64,000 nt of DNA from Leucoraja ocellata (lineage: Eukaryota): NCBI GenBank assembly GCA_036785375.1, contig JAWMAR010000026.1, forward strand, positions 248,001 through 312,000, given 5' to 3'. Of the stretch, positions 13,142-25,517 are shown piece by piece. Both the position numbers and the translations under genes were made by a program. The notes beneath the pieces are model-generated. The model was not told where the DNA came from. It saw only the letters and a list, made by a program, of their open reading frames with translations, and did not search any database. Position 1 is the first letter of the stretch. Every line of letters starts with the position of its first letter.

Positions 13142-13207
13142 GTACACAGAAATGCTGGAGAAACTCAGCAGGTGCAGCAACATCTATGGAGCGAAGGAAA
13201 TAGGTGG
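13142..13207 (-). mobile_element. Short Penelope pLTR fragment with 14-bp TSD
   Basis: Flanked by ATTGTTTGTTGTGG at 13128-13141 and 13208-13221. Confidence 0.7.
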
Positions 13208-13289
13208 ATTGTTTGTTGTGGCTTTTTGATGGCATCAAGACAGCAAGATGATAATAAGGTCCGAGCACACTGATGCAATTATTTAGAAA

Positions 13290-13872
13290 GCACATCCTGA
13301 GAAGATTACGGAGAGTCGGTTTGTCAAGGAGGACTCTCTCTAACTTCTACAGGTGCACAGTAGAGAGCATGCTGACCAGTTGCATTGTGGCATGGTTCGG
13401 TAACTTGAGCGCCCTGGAGCGGAAAAAAACTACAAAAAGTAGTAAACACTGCCCAGTCTATCATCGGCTCTGACCTCCCTTCCATCGAGGGGATCTATCG
13501 CAGTCGCTGCCTCAAAAAGGCTGGCAGTATCATCAAGGACCCACACCATCCTGGCCACACACTCATCTCCCCGCTACCTTCAGGTAGAAGGTACAGGAGC
13601 CTGAAGACAGCAACGACCAGATTCAGGAATAGCTACTTCCCCACAGCCATCAGGCTATTAAACTTGGCTCGGACAAAACCCTGAACATTAATAACCTATT
13701 ATCTGTTTATTTTGCACGTTATCAGTTTATTTATTCATGTGTGTATATATTTATATAATGGTATATGGACACACTGATCTGTTCTGTAGTCATGTTGTGT
13801 TCTGTTCTGCTAAAGCAAAGCAAGAATTTCATTGTCCTATCATGACAATAAACTGTCTTGAATCTTGAATCT
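13290..13872 (+). mobile_element. Rex1/Babar-clade LINE 3' fragment
   Basis: LRRLRRVGLSRRTLSNFYRCTVESMLTSCIVAWFGN...IKDPHHPGH...LPSGRRYRS...RFRNSYFP (one frameshift); ends in AATAAA and a (TCTTGAA)n tail. Confidence 0.85.
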
Positions 13873-13894
13873 AAATTATCCATTTCTTATGGCA

Positions 13895-14190
13895 AAAGAG
13901 ACTGCAGATGCATGACTCGGAAGCAAAACAAAATATCTGAAGGAACTCAGCTGGTTGAGTAGCATCTGTGGGGGAGGCAAGGAACTGTCGATGTTTCGTG
14001 TCAAAACCCTGCATCAGGACTGAGAGTGGAGAGGGAAGATAGCCTTTATGAAGAGGAGAGTGGTGGGGTGAGACTGAAGCCGATATATAATCGGAGAAAA
14101 GGTGAAGGATAATGAACAATATGAGATGGGTAAGGGAGGTGGTGGAGGGGGAGGTGGTGGAGAGGGAGTTGAGGGACAAAAGCAGATGGG
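13895..14190 (-). mobile_element. Older Penelope-family pLTR/3'UTR
   Basis: Minus strand GTC-CTGATGCAGGGTTTTGACAC-GAAACATC-GAC, then the CATCTGCAGTC tail. Confidence 0.65.
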
Positions 14191-14489
14191 TGTTATGTGA
14201 AAGCAGACAAGGGGAACATTGTTGTTTTGTTCTTTACGCAAGCTTTGCAGCCTGAAGAAGTGGAGAATTAATTCTTGCACTTCTGACTAAGCCTACCAAA
14301 CTTTATTTTACTGGACCAAGATAGGAAAGCATTGGGAGGTTACAATTTTGAAAGCTTGAGAAAGGAGTTTTGTAAAGTATGAGTGATGGTATCTTTACGT
14401 TGAAAGATGATGATGCTTGTGCAAAATTAAAATTAGGCATATTTTAAAAACAAAACTGAAATCCAAGTGTTAAGTAGTTTTGATTGATT

Positions 14490-14712
14490 GAAAGACACAG
14501 CATGTGTCACTGAGACCACACCACCCACTCCTTCAATGTTATCCCACTTTGCACCTGCTAGGGTGCACCCACACTAGGGGCAATTTACACAGACCAATTA
14601 ACCTTCAAACTCATCTTAGGACAAAAAAAAAGGAAATTGGAACACCTGAAGAAACCGACATGGTCGCTGGGTGAATGTTTAAACCCCTCATAGACAGTAC
14701 CCGATGTCAGCT
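14490..14712 (-). mobile_element. Old V-SINE
   Basis: GGGCAATTTACACAGACCAATTAACCT...AGACAGTACCCG. Confidence 0.65.
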
Positions 14713-15634
14713 TCTCAGACATTACAGCTATAATAATTGTGTATGAATAACAGTATAAATGTTGAATTTTTAGAAATACAAAAACTGAAATTATATGAGA
14801 GTATAAGGAATTGTTGCTAACGATTGGCAATATTATAGATGGCTGAATTTAAGAAGAGGTCAAAATTAGGAAAGTGCACCCTAGTCTGGCAGTCCTATCT
14901 TTGACTTGTCCTACCGCTAAGCTGGACTGCCCCTTGGAGATTGACTTCAATGAATTTATCCATCTCCATCTTGTGTGACATTGGAGTATGACTCTTGCGG
15001 TTTATGATATCATATTTTTCGATATACATTGCAGGTTTGTACTACATGAAACCACCTTTTGTTCTATTTATATTCATCCTCTTTTATGTGACTCTAAAGG
15101 TATTTCATCGAAAATGTCTCTGATTTTTGTCTTATTTAAAATATATATTTTAAAAATAATCCAATAACAGAGCTTGGAGCTGTTAGTGCAGAAACTTTGA
15201 AAGGAGCAGAAAGGTTTAACAATGCAAGGAGCATGAAGGTCAGGAATTTAAATTGTATCTCTGTAACAACAATAACTTAGCCCAAGCTGAAGTGTATACT
15301 TCAATTCTGCCTACAATCCTAAGGCTGTTTGTTGAAACTTTGGAGAGGTTACATCTGATATTTCTTTGAATAATTGTGGGATTGAAGGAATGTAGTTTTA
15401 AAAACATAAGAATGTGGGAAATGGAAGCGGAAGTCAGCCAAATGGCCCATCAAGACTGTTACACATTTGAATAAGATCTTGGCTGATTTGATCTTAGCTT
15501 CAACTACACTTTTATGCCCGTCCTCCCCAACCTTTGACTTGTTTCTAGTCTAAATATGTCTATCTTGGCTTGCGATTCAGCATTCCCAGCTTTCTGAGCA
15601 GAAAAATTCCAAAATAACCATAACCCTTTGAGAA

Positions 15635-15925
15635 CGGCACAATGATGCAGCAGTAGAGTTGCTGCCTTGCAGCACCAGAGACCTGGGTTTGATCCTGTCT
15701 ATGCACGCCTTCTGTACGGAGTTTGTTCTCCCTGTGACCATGTGGGGTTTTTCCGGCTACTCCAGTTTCTTTCCACATCCCAAAGGCGTACAGGTTTGTA
15801 GGTTAATTGGCTTCTGTAAATTGTCCCCACAGTGCAGGATAGTGCTAGTGTATGGGGTGATCGCTGGTCGGCACGTACTCAGTGCGCCAAAGAGCCTGCT
15901 TCCATGCTGTATTTCAAAATTAAAG
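15635..15925 (+). mobile_element. V-SINE (HE1-like)
   Basis: Head, V core and tail all present. Confidence 0.85.
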
Positions 15926-15977
15926 AAAAACATTCTTGTTCTGTCTCTTAAATACTAGGGAGAATGATGGTCAATAA

Positions 15978-16154
15978 GGTAGACAAAAGTGCTGGAGAAA
16001 CTCAGCGGGTGCAGCAGCATCTATGGAGCGAAGGAAATAGGCAACGTTTCAGGCCGAAACCCTTCTTCAGACTGATGTAGGGTGGGGGGACTGATGTACG
16101 GTGGCAGGGATAAGAAAGGAGAAAGGAAACAGCATCTGCAGTTCCTTCTTGAAC
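15978..16154. mobile_element. Penelope-derived insertion with 15-bp TSD
   Basis: TSD AATGAT(G/A)GTCAATAA at 15963-15977 and 16155-16169; minus-strand pLTR with hammerhead core plus a plus-strand tail CAGCATCTGCAGTTCCTTCTTGAAC. Confidence 0.8.
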
Positions 16155-16249
16155 AATGATAGTCAATAAAATCGCAATTAGGTGCACTGTATGTCAGTCT
16201 TCCCCTGTGTTCACAATCAACAGAATCAATAGCCAACAGTCTGGAAATT
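16155..16249 (+). repeat. Left arm of a 95-bp inverted duplication
   Basis: Matches the reverse complement of 18835-18929 with 3 mismatches by my manual count. Confidence 0.95.
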
Positions 16250-17588
16250 GGTCAAGCTTTAATCTGAAACGTTGCCCCCAATTATTTTTTTCTGCCTCAT
16301 TTTCCAAATCTTATTTTTTCCTATTGCCCAGGTGTTGCATTTCAGATACAAGTGCAGGCAGGTAGATTAATCGACCACTGGAAATTTGACCTCTGTGCAA
16401 ATGAGTGGTAGAATCTCTGTTGTTGATGAGAATGTGGGGAAAGTAAAAATAAATGGAATTAATGTAGAAGGGTCTGTATCCAAGCTAACTGCCTCTTTGA
16501 CTATGGTCAGGTAGAACAAGTCCAACCCATATCCACATCCACAAGCCATGTCAAAGATCACATGTCTGTCCACAAATTGCCTCTCTGTTTAAAGTTCAAT
16601 GTTGATAACTCAAGCTGCAGGGTAGTATTAGTATAGTTGTGCACAACATTCTAGGATGGAACTTGACTGCTTAATCTTCTAGCCAAAATGTCGTTGTGAA
16701 ATGTTTTGGTGATCAAAGCTTGCATAGAAGGAGATGCTTATGACCATGCTTGAAATCCTCCAACATTAACAATCCAGCCTATTTGCTATCAGAAATATGC
16801 ACGTCGAACCAAGAAAGATCATTCCCATTGAAGAATAGTTGAGTGGCTGAATCTCAAAGACTATAGAGAGCGAAAGAAGGATGGTTGAAGATATTACACA
16901 GTCATTAATTAGTTCTCAAATCAATGCACTTCTATTCGAAATAAGATCGTTTGCTCACATTCATTTTAATTAAGAGCCACTAGCTGAATTTGAGTCTATG
17001 TTCTGATGTGAAATTCTAATGCCTACCCATTGCCTAACCAAATCTCTATAATGAGTGTCAACTCTGGATGCTTTTCAAGTTGTTTGAAAAAAAAAAGCAT
17101 AGTTTTGATTTCTTTTTAAGGTTAAATATAGAAAAGAGATGAACTATTTGCAAGCCAGTCTGTGAAAAATCACAAATCATTTGCAGTAGAGTTTCCCTGC
17201 TGAGGATAATTGTGTTTTGGGGAAAAAGCAGTTCCTACACACTTTCCTTGAATTCAAAGCTGATCATTATCCAGCACCAACAGTGAAAAGTTTCTGCAGA
17301 TGAAAGCCCACACAAGTAGGATAAAAAGCCCAGCAGCCAGCATTTTCTGTTAGTTTTGTTTCTTGGTTTGTCTTCAATAAACAATAAATGTTGTATTTAA
17401 CATAATCATTTTTTAAGGCATCAGCATACAAACAAAATATCTATTTTTTAGTGGTGACAAGTATCCTTTGCTTTTTCAAAAATGTCCTTTTTTTTCTTAA
17501 CTTATTTTGCAAACACTTTTTCATACCTTATCCAAGGTTGCTTATGTCATCAATGTTGGCACACACCTAAAACATGAGGTGTTCTTCA

Positions 17589-17884
17589 GACTTTAGAGAT
17601 GCAGCATGGAAACAGGCCCTTTGGCCCACCGAGTCCTGCTCTGTCACTTTCTCACTAGCACTATCCTACACCCTAGGGGCAGTTTCACAATTTTACCGAA
17701 GTCATCTAACCTACAAACTTGTATGTCTTTGGAGTGTGGGAGGAAACCGGAACACCCAGAGAAAACCAACGCGGTCACAGGGAGAATGTATAAACTCCGT
17801 ACAGACAGCACCCATTGTCAGTATTGAACTCGGGTCTCTGGCGTTGTAAAGCAGCAACTCTACTGTTGCACCACTGTGCTGCCC
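17589..17884 (-). mobile_element. V-SINE (HE1-like)
   Basis: Head, core and tail on the minus strand. Confidence 0.85.
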
Positions 17885-18024
17885 TATTTGCACCTGATGT
17901 CCGAGTGCTAATTTTCCAGCAGGGAACATTGGATAGCAATCAAGGCACCACTGATTATTTTTGCTTAACCCATGAGTATTTAAGCCTTTTGTGGCACCAT
18001 TAGCTTTTGCCAACTGAGATTGTA

Positions 18025-18270
18025 TATATTTTCTCTGGAGCGTCGGAGGATGAAGGATAACCTTGTAGTTTGTAATGGTTTGCAAATAGTTAATCTCTTT
18101 CTAGGGAGAGGGAGAACGTAAGAACTCCGTAAAGATAGCAACCTTGTTCTGTGATTCTGTGGTGAAAAGGCAGGATAATGGGGCTGAGAGGTAAAGATAG
18201 ACCAGCCATGATTGAACGGCAGAGTAGACCAAGCTGAATGGCCTAATTCTGCTCCAATGTCTTATGGTGC
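18025..18270 (+). mobile_element. Decayed CR1 3' fragment
   Basis: CTGGAGCGTCGGAGGATGAAGG and GCCATGATTGAACGGCAGAGTAGAC...AATGGCCTAATTCTGCTCC. Confidence 0.65.
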
Positions 18271-18834
18271 TGAAATACTTAACATTATTGTTGTTAACAA
18301 CCTGTGGGCAATAGTAAATGAGTTCAACAGACCTCCACATATACATCAGCGCAAAAATGTACTGGTCGAACAACTTGACAAACAATGACCTTTAATTAAA
18401 TCGAGTCAATAGTTCAGGACAAATTGTTGGTAAGAAATCAATTTAATAGAAATCTGTGATCACATTTAAGTACTGTAAATTTAATTGTGCACTTTTATGT
18501 AAAGATTAGGAGAATTTATGTGTGCTAATTTATATGGAAATTGCAACTCACGCTGTCTTGGAGTGCACATGCCATTTGTTTTACTGCTGCACATGGCTTT
18601 GGAAATAACTCTGTCAACGCATGGACAAGAGAAGTAACCTTCTCTTGGCACAAACACAAACTTGTGACTTCACCCCTGTGATTGTATTTCATTGTCAAGA
18701 ACTAGCAGTTACTAATTTGGCAGCTTTTAGCTGGCTACCCAGTGGTGACATGGGCAGTAATTGGGCTTTTTTTTTTGCACTAATAAAAGATTCAGCTGGA
18801 ACAAAAAATGAGAATGAAAGAGAGAGAAAAGAGA

Positions 18835-18929
18835 AATTTCCAGACTGTTGGCTATTGATTCTGTTGATTGTGAACACAGGGGAAGGCTGACATACGGTGC
18901 ACCTAATTGTGATTTTATTGACTATCATT
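18835..18929 (-). repeat. Right arm of a 95-bp inverted duplication
   Basis: See 16155-16249. Confidence 0.95.
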
Positions 18930-19570
18930 TCTGCCTTGTTTATACTGCCATGAGTCGTAGCTCACCGTGACTGATGGCTTTCGTTCAGATGAAACGTTGG
19001 GATTCAATCCACCCATATCCCATCTATTCGGCTCTCTGAACACAGTGGTCATGCCTTTGCAGGTCTCCCCTGTGAGCCGAGAGGAAAAGAGAGCTTAATA
19101 ACCCTGGGGCATGACTGCAGGCAAGGAGGATATCCTCTGCGCTCTTAGATCGAGTCTGTGCCTTGCAGATTAATGCAATAATTCCAGGAACGGGCAACTG
19201 CTATGATTGCAGAAAGAAAAGGGCTGTTCCGTGATTATGTACATTCCATGTTTTTTATAAATAGACACTGATCTGCTTGGCTTCCCTTCCAAGCCCCTGC
19301 TTAATGAATAGACATGTGCAATACGTAGACAGGTTTTTAAAAATCATGCTTCATAAGAATGCCAATGAAAACTGCCAAGTTTTTCCAGTAATCTGTAGCT
19401 CTGATTTATGAAATATCTATGAGGTCATGGCATGTAACTGTGCCGCCTCTACCAAGCAATGACTGCATCCAAGAAGAAAGAGCTGACTATCTACTATTGA
19501 TGTAACCATGTCCAAATTCCCCACTGTCCTGGGAATCACATTGGTCAGAACCTCAAATGGAACTCAAACT

Positions 19571-19680
19571 TCTGAAGAAGGGTCCCGACCCGAAAAATCA
19601 CCTGTCAATCTTCTCCAGAGATGCTGTCCAGCAATTTGTGTCTTTTTTTTGTAAACCAGCATCTGCAGTTCCTTGTTCCT
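19571..19680 (+). mobile_element. Penelope pLTR-derived piece
   Basis: CTGAAGAAGGGTCCCGACCCGAAAAATCACC plus tail. Confidence 0.7.
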
Positions 19681-19689
19681 TGTTTCTAT

Positions 19690-20330
19690 TCAAATTGACC
19701 AGCCATATTAATGCTGCAACTTCCATTGCAGGTAAGAGATTGGATACCCTGCAGTAGACGACTTGCCTTCTGGCAATCCAAAGCATTAAAGCCATCAATA
19801 AGACACAAGGATGGTGCAGCGGTAGAGCTACAGACCTTACAGCGCTGGAGACCCGCTTTCGATCCTGACTACGAGCGCTCTCTGTACAGAGTTTGTACGT
19901 TCTTCCTATGATCATGTGGATTTTCTCCGGGTGCTCCGGCTTCCTCCCACATTCCAATTACATACATGTTTGCAGGTTAATTGGCTTTTGTAATTTGTCC
20001 TCAATGTGTAGGCTAGAACTAGTGTATGGGGATGATCGCTGGTCGGCACTGACTCAGTGGGCCAAATGGCCTGTTTCTGTGGTTAATATCTCTAAATTAA
20101 ACTAAACTCAAGGATATACGCCATCCTAAATTAGAAAGTTAATCACAGCTTCCTCGTCCTTGCTAGGTCCAAAACCTAAAGCTTCCTTCCCAACAGTATC
20201 AGGGGAAGTATCTTCCCCAGAAGGATTACAGCCGTTCAAAGTGGCAGTTCAATCGCACTATTGCAAAGAAAATTAGGGATGGTCAATAATTGCTTGTCTT
20301 ACCAGTGATGCCATGTTTCTGTAAACGTTG
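19690..20330 (+). mobile_element. Old CR1/L2-group LINE 3' relic split by a V-SINE
   Basis: Pieces 19690-19809 and 20110-20330 (ATTAGGGATGGTCAATAATTGC...CCAGTGATGCC) resemble an elasmobranch LINE 3' end, recalled rather than aligned. Confidence 0.5.
19810..20107 (+). mobile_element. V-SINE (HE1-like)
   Basis: GGTGCAGCGGTAGAGC head, TTCGATCCTG B box, (AAACT)n-like end. Confidence 0.85.
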
Positions 20331-20689
20331 TGTGCATTTTACAAAAAAAATTAGTAACATTTAAAAGACTTGTCTTTGGCCACTCGAGATATTTTATTTA
20401 AAAGCACTAAATTAGTCCTGTTAAACTGTTTCCATTTTATTAATGGCCTATTCATTGTATTAGTTATTCCATGTTGGCTTCTGAATAAAACAATTAAGAA
20501 AACCATATCATGGTGGCTAATGTTAGGACATGAACCAACATAATATGCTAAAATATTACCAAACCATAGTTTGACATCCAGCACCTGAATTTTTTGAGTT
20601 CGTTGTGAGATGGAAAAATGAGGTGATAAGTTTTATGGAACAGCTTAGGGTTTGAGCAGTTAAATTATAGTATAGAAAAAATCCCCAAA

Positions 20690-20775
20690 AAATGCAGAAC
20701 TACTGAGCGGGTAATGACAGCATCTCTGGAGAACATGGATAGATGACGTGTCAGGCCCGGACCCTCCTTCTCACT
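20690..20775 (-). mobile_element. Penelope pLTR-derived piece
   Basis: CAGCATCTCTGGAGAACATGGATAGATGACGTGTCAGGCCCGGACCCT. Confidence 0.6.
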
Positions 20776-21273
20776 AAGTTATAATTAGGTATGAGGAAGG
20801 CATTAGAAATGAAGGAATAGAGACATCTTGAAGGGCTGATGAGCTGGAAGAAGTCGTTGAAATAAGATCAGAAGATAGGAGTTGGGGCTGTGAGGAGGGT
20901 GACTACCTTGGTAAAGTACGTAAACAAAGATGGGGGAGGGGGGGTGGGTGCTCAGAGTGGGTTAAAATTCAGACATAAAAAAACCAGTGTGGGTTATCAT
21001 GAAATAGTGAGCAAAAATAGCGTTATGACAATTACAAGGGTTCTTGTGCAGATTTGCCAGGATGCGATTGGAAGAAAATTGAACTTTTAATCACAAGAAC
21101 AGAGCCAATTAACAGGGTGATTAAAAGGAAATTATTTAGGCATGGCACAGAGCAGAAAGACATTAAAGCAGTACAAATCCATCCTTGGTCACTTGCACTA
21201 AACTGCAGGTATACTTCTGAATTATTTTTTTAAACAAAAAGTACGGCACACATGGTATTAACAAGTTTCTTTA

Positions 21274-21411
21274 CTTTAGACTTTAGAAATACAGCGTGGA
21301 ACCAGGCCCTTCGGCCCAAAATGTCTGCACAGACCAGCAATCACCCCATACACTAGCACTATCCTGCAGGGACAATTTAGGATTTTACCGAGGCCAATTA
21401 ACCTACAAACT
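21274..21411 (-). mobile_element. V-SINE 3' half
   Basis: ACAGCGTGGAACCAGGCCCTTCGGCCC...GCCAATTAACCTACAAAC. Confidence 0.75.
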
Positions 21412-21904
21412 GTTCAAATTATTTAGAATTATTCTGGGCCTTCAAATGAGAAATCCAGACATAAGATTAAATTTAAGGGATTTTAAAGAGAGCAAAAGAA
21501 ACCCATTTATATAGAGAATTGTGGAATATGCCACTGGGGTTAAGGATCGAAGTAGTGACGATATTGATATTTGAGAGAAGATTGGTTAGGTGTTTGAAGA
21601 TAAAGTATGGGAACACAGAGGATGAAGAAGACATCTCTTGTGGAAGATCAATAGCAATACAAACTGGTTGGATTCATTGGTATGTCTCTGTATTGTAGCT
21701 GCTATGTAATAGTGTGAAAAAAGAAACATATCTAGTTTTGAGCAAAGTGGGTCAGGCAGCAAATGTGGAGGGAATGTATAGATGATGTTTCGGGTCGAGA
21801 CCCATTTTCAGTCTGATTATACTGGGGGGTTGGAGAAAGCTGGAAAATAGAGTTGGGGATGGAATAAACCTTGGCAGGTTTTGATTAGCCGACGAATAGA
21901 GTAA

Positions 21905-22344
21905 TGGGCCTGTCCCACGAGCATGCGACCTTCATGCGGCAAGCGCAACCAAACCGGAAGCGGGGGCCACGTGGTGGTCGCGCGGAGGTCGAGTGATCCC
22001 CTTACAGGGCTGATCCCACCAGCATGCAGTGAGCGCGAACAAACCGGAAGTGGGGGCCGCGCGGTAGTCGAGTGAGTGACGTGAAGTCCGCGCATACAGC
22101 GTCGAGACGCTGCGCACGCCCGTCGAGGCGCTGCGTATGGCATCGAGGCGGCTGCGGGCCGGCAGGCCGTTGCTGCGGGGAATTTTTGAACACGGTCAGT
22201 TTTCGGGATGTCGGGACCAGCTCCGCACAACTCCATACGGCTCCGGCGATTGAAGTGGGACCGGCCCCTCGAGGCCGTACGGCTCAAGCGAACACGTTAG
22301 GTCGCGCTTGCCGCATGGAGTCGCATGCTCGTGGGACAGGCCCT
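21905..22344. mobile_element. PIF/Harbinger-type MITE, 440 bp, GC/CpG-rich
   Basis: ~42-bp TIRs (T/A)GGGCCTGTCCCACGAGCATGCGAC...GCGGCAAGCGC; TAA TSD at 21902-21904 and 22345-22347; nested in a Penelope-derived piece. Confidence 0.9.
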
Positions 22345-22459
22345 TAAGTTAATTCATATTTCACTCTCCTTATCTGACACCCTTTTGTCTTTTCATCTCT
22401 AGCCTTTGTCACTTACTCCATCTAGCTGTCCATCAAAATCAGGAGAACTGTTCTCCATT

Positions 22460-22876
22460 GACCATGGAATGATACAGCATAGGAAGAGTCCTCTTTGGCC
22501 CACAATGTTTGTGCTGAACATGTAATGCATTACAGTTCCCACCACTATCTTCGTAAAAAAAACATGCCCCTCACATTTCAATTAAACGTTCTCCCTTTCA
22601 CCTTGGAGCTATGCCCTCTAGTGTTGGACATTTTCACCCTGGGAAAAGGTTCTGACTGTCTACCCTATCTATGCCTCTCATCATTTTATATTCTTCTATC
22701 AAGTCTTCCTTCAACCTCCGACATTCCAGAAGATACAATCCGAGTCTATCCAACCTCTCCCTGTAGCTGAAACTCACTAATCCAGGCAGCATTCTGGTAA
22801 ACATCTGCACCCTCTCCAAAGTCTCTACAGAGTATCTACATCTTTCCTGCAATGGAACAACCAGAACTGCACACAA
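22460..22876 (-). mobile_element. CR1 LINE 3' fragment
   Basis: Minus-strand ORF LERVQMFTRMLPGL...RERLDRLGLYLLECRRL. Confidence 0.85.
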
Positions 22877-22904
22877 TATGCAATACTTAATCTAAGGGAG
22901 CCAC

Positions 22905-23585
22905 AGTGAGTCTGTTTGGACATTATCACCAGCAATTTGTCCTGGACCAGCTCCATTGAAGCAATGGCCAAGAAAACATACCAACGGCTCTACTTCCTTA
23001 GAAAACTAAACATTTTCAGCATGTCCTCACCAACTTCTACAGATGTGCCTAGAAAGCATTTTATTGGGATACATCACAGTATGGTTTGGGAACAGCTCCT
23101 TCCAAGATCACAAGAAATTGCAGAGAGTTGTGGACATAGCCCAGACCACCATGCAAACCAACCTCCCTTCCATTGACTCCATCTATACTTTGCACTGCTT
23201 CGGTAAGACCACCAGCATAATCAAGGATGAGTCTCACCCCAGTCGCTCCCTCTTCTCCCCTCTCCCATCAGGCAAGAGATACAGAAATGTGAAAATGCAC
23301 ACCTCCAGATTTAGGGAAAGTTTCTTCCCAGCTGTTATCAGGCAACTGAATCATCTTCTCACCAGCTAGAATGGTCCTGACCTCCCCTCTGCCTCATTGG
23401 AAACCTTCAAACTATTTTTATTGGACTTTTCCTTGCACTAAACGTTATACCCCTTTTCCTGTATCTGTGCACTGCAGACTGCTTGGTTGTAATCATGTAT
23501 AGTCTTTTCACTGACTGGATAGCACACACCCAGAAAGCTTTTCACTGTACCTCAGTACACGTGACAATAATAAACTAAACTTGTA
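22905..23585 (+). mobile_element. Rex1/Babar-clade LINE 3' fragment
   Basis: LSWTSSIEAMAKKTYQRLYFLRKL...ESILLGYITVWFGN...LPSGKRYR...RFRESFFPAVIRQLN; tail TTTCACTGTACCTCAGTACACGTGACAATAA. Confidence 0.85.
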
Positions 23586-24111
23586 AAGAAGTTAAGTCTG
23601 ACACACTGTAACTTTACTGAGTATTTAATAAAGGCAGATGTGAAGCAAGTCCCAGCACTGACTGCATCTAGTCTTCAGGCGTACTGGAACCAAGGGAGGA
23701 GCAAGGGGAAGGTATCACAGTTATACTCAGATGACTAAGGCGTGGTTAGTGGTATTGAGGTAGCTACATTATAGGTTGCATGTATAAACCATCTATAAAA
23801 CTAAACATAAGTCTTGCTAGTGCACATTGAGAACCAATCTACCGTGTATTTGAGTGGAGTATAGAATGGTTTGGTTCTCTCTTGTATGAATTCATGGATT
23901 GAATCACATAGAACAGTGGCACCAGAGATAATCTAAGCAGAAATGATGCTCTAGTTAGCACCAATATCTGCATTTTAATCCTGAAAATATATTTATGAGA
24001 CGTACCCAAAGCATTTCAGGTGTCACACCTGCCTGTTCAAATGTGCCTGTTCAAAGGCAAATATAAACAAGAGCAATCAGTTCCAATGTTTAGAGACATA
24101 TTTTATTTACT

Positions 24112-24395
24112 TTTAGTTTAGAAAATATAGCATGGAAACAGGCTCTTTAGCCCACCAAGTCTACGTCACACTGTTCAATGTTATCCCACTTTCTCATCTA
24201 CCCCCTACGCATCAGGGGCAATTTTACAGCAGCCAATTAACCTACAAACCTGCACGTCTTTGGGAAGAGAGAGGAAAGTGGAGCACCCGAAGGAAACACA
24301 TGCGGTCATAGAGATGGGCAAACTCTGTACAGATAGTACCCGGGTCTCTGGCGCTGTGAGGTAACAGCTCTACCAGCTGTGCCACTGTAGTGCCC
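24112..24395 (-). mobile_element. V-SINE (internally deleted)
   Basis: Core and head on the minus strand. Confidence 0.8.
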
Positions 24396-25448
24396 ATATG
24401 GCTTGTAAGAAAATAAAAACCTTGAATTCTGCAAGAATTGGGAGTACAAGTTCTGAAAATAATTCTAAATGCACTAAACAACTTTCGCTACATTAAATAA
24501 AGGCTACTTACTGTGATCATTTTCTGTAAAATGCTCATTTATATAGACGGTGAATTACAGAGGTGATGGTTGGACTCCATTGCAGATACACACACACTGG
24601 CATGTTGGTAGTTCAGTTGGAAAGCATAAATAAATAATATGTCTTGATTTGCCACAATCAAAACCAGCGTTTATAACAAGGTGGATGCCATAATCTCTTA
24701 AGCAGTGATACTGCTGAAGTATTTTGAAGAGCTCTTTTGTACGTGCATCGGTTGTTCTGCTACTCCATGAAAAGATGTCACTGTGGGGTTACTGCTAAAA
24801 CTGCACGCAAAGTACATCAAATGGCTGTGGCGTGTGCGGCTTTCTGTTTGAAACATTCTCTGCGTTTCCCAACTGGGTGCCTGGCTCGATGGAATGACAA
24901 AATAATAATGCAACAGCTGCTGCTATTCTTTTCCTCTTTCATTTTCATGTTCAAATGTTATCACATGCCAACAATGTACAGGATGCTCAGTGTGATATGC
25001 CTTTTGGGAGAAGCTTTGTATTTTCCTTTTTAAGTAGGCCCTGTTTGACTTTTACTTGACTTTACTGATGGATTCAGAAAGGGTATGGAAAATCACTCAC
25101 AAACATTTGGCTCAAATGTAATTGTCTTAGAAAAAAGTGACAACGGTATCCTTGGTTAAGATACTATCAAAAATGCATGCACGTGTTTGTTAAGTCTGGT
25201 GCTGTACTGCTTCTTTGCATGTGCTATGGTTGCTGTTCTCCTTCATTCAGGTTTGCTAATACCTACAAATGTGGCCAGTTTGCATTCAGTGTCTTGATGA
25301 AAAAGAAGTGGAAGTTGGCATTTCTGTGAAAAATTACATTGAAATACAGGTGCACAACCTTTTATCCGACAGCCTTGGGACCAGACACTTTTCGTAATTT
25401 GGAATTTGTCGGTCTTCGGAATGGAAATTTTTTAGCGTAGATTTTAAT

Positions 25449-25517
25449 GGCTGGCTCGGTGGTAGAGTGCCCGGCTCATATCCGCAAGGTAGCGAGTTTG
25501 CGCCTTGATCCCGGCAG
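25449..25517 (+). pseudogene. tRNA-like (Met CAT-like) relic inside the DNA transposon
   Basis: A-box-like TGGCTCGGTGGTAGAG, anticodon arm CGG-CTCATAT-CCG, T-arm-like GCGAG-TTTGCGC-CTTG; the acceptor stem is not intact. Confidence 0.45.
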
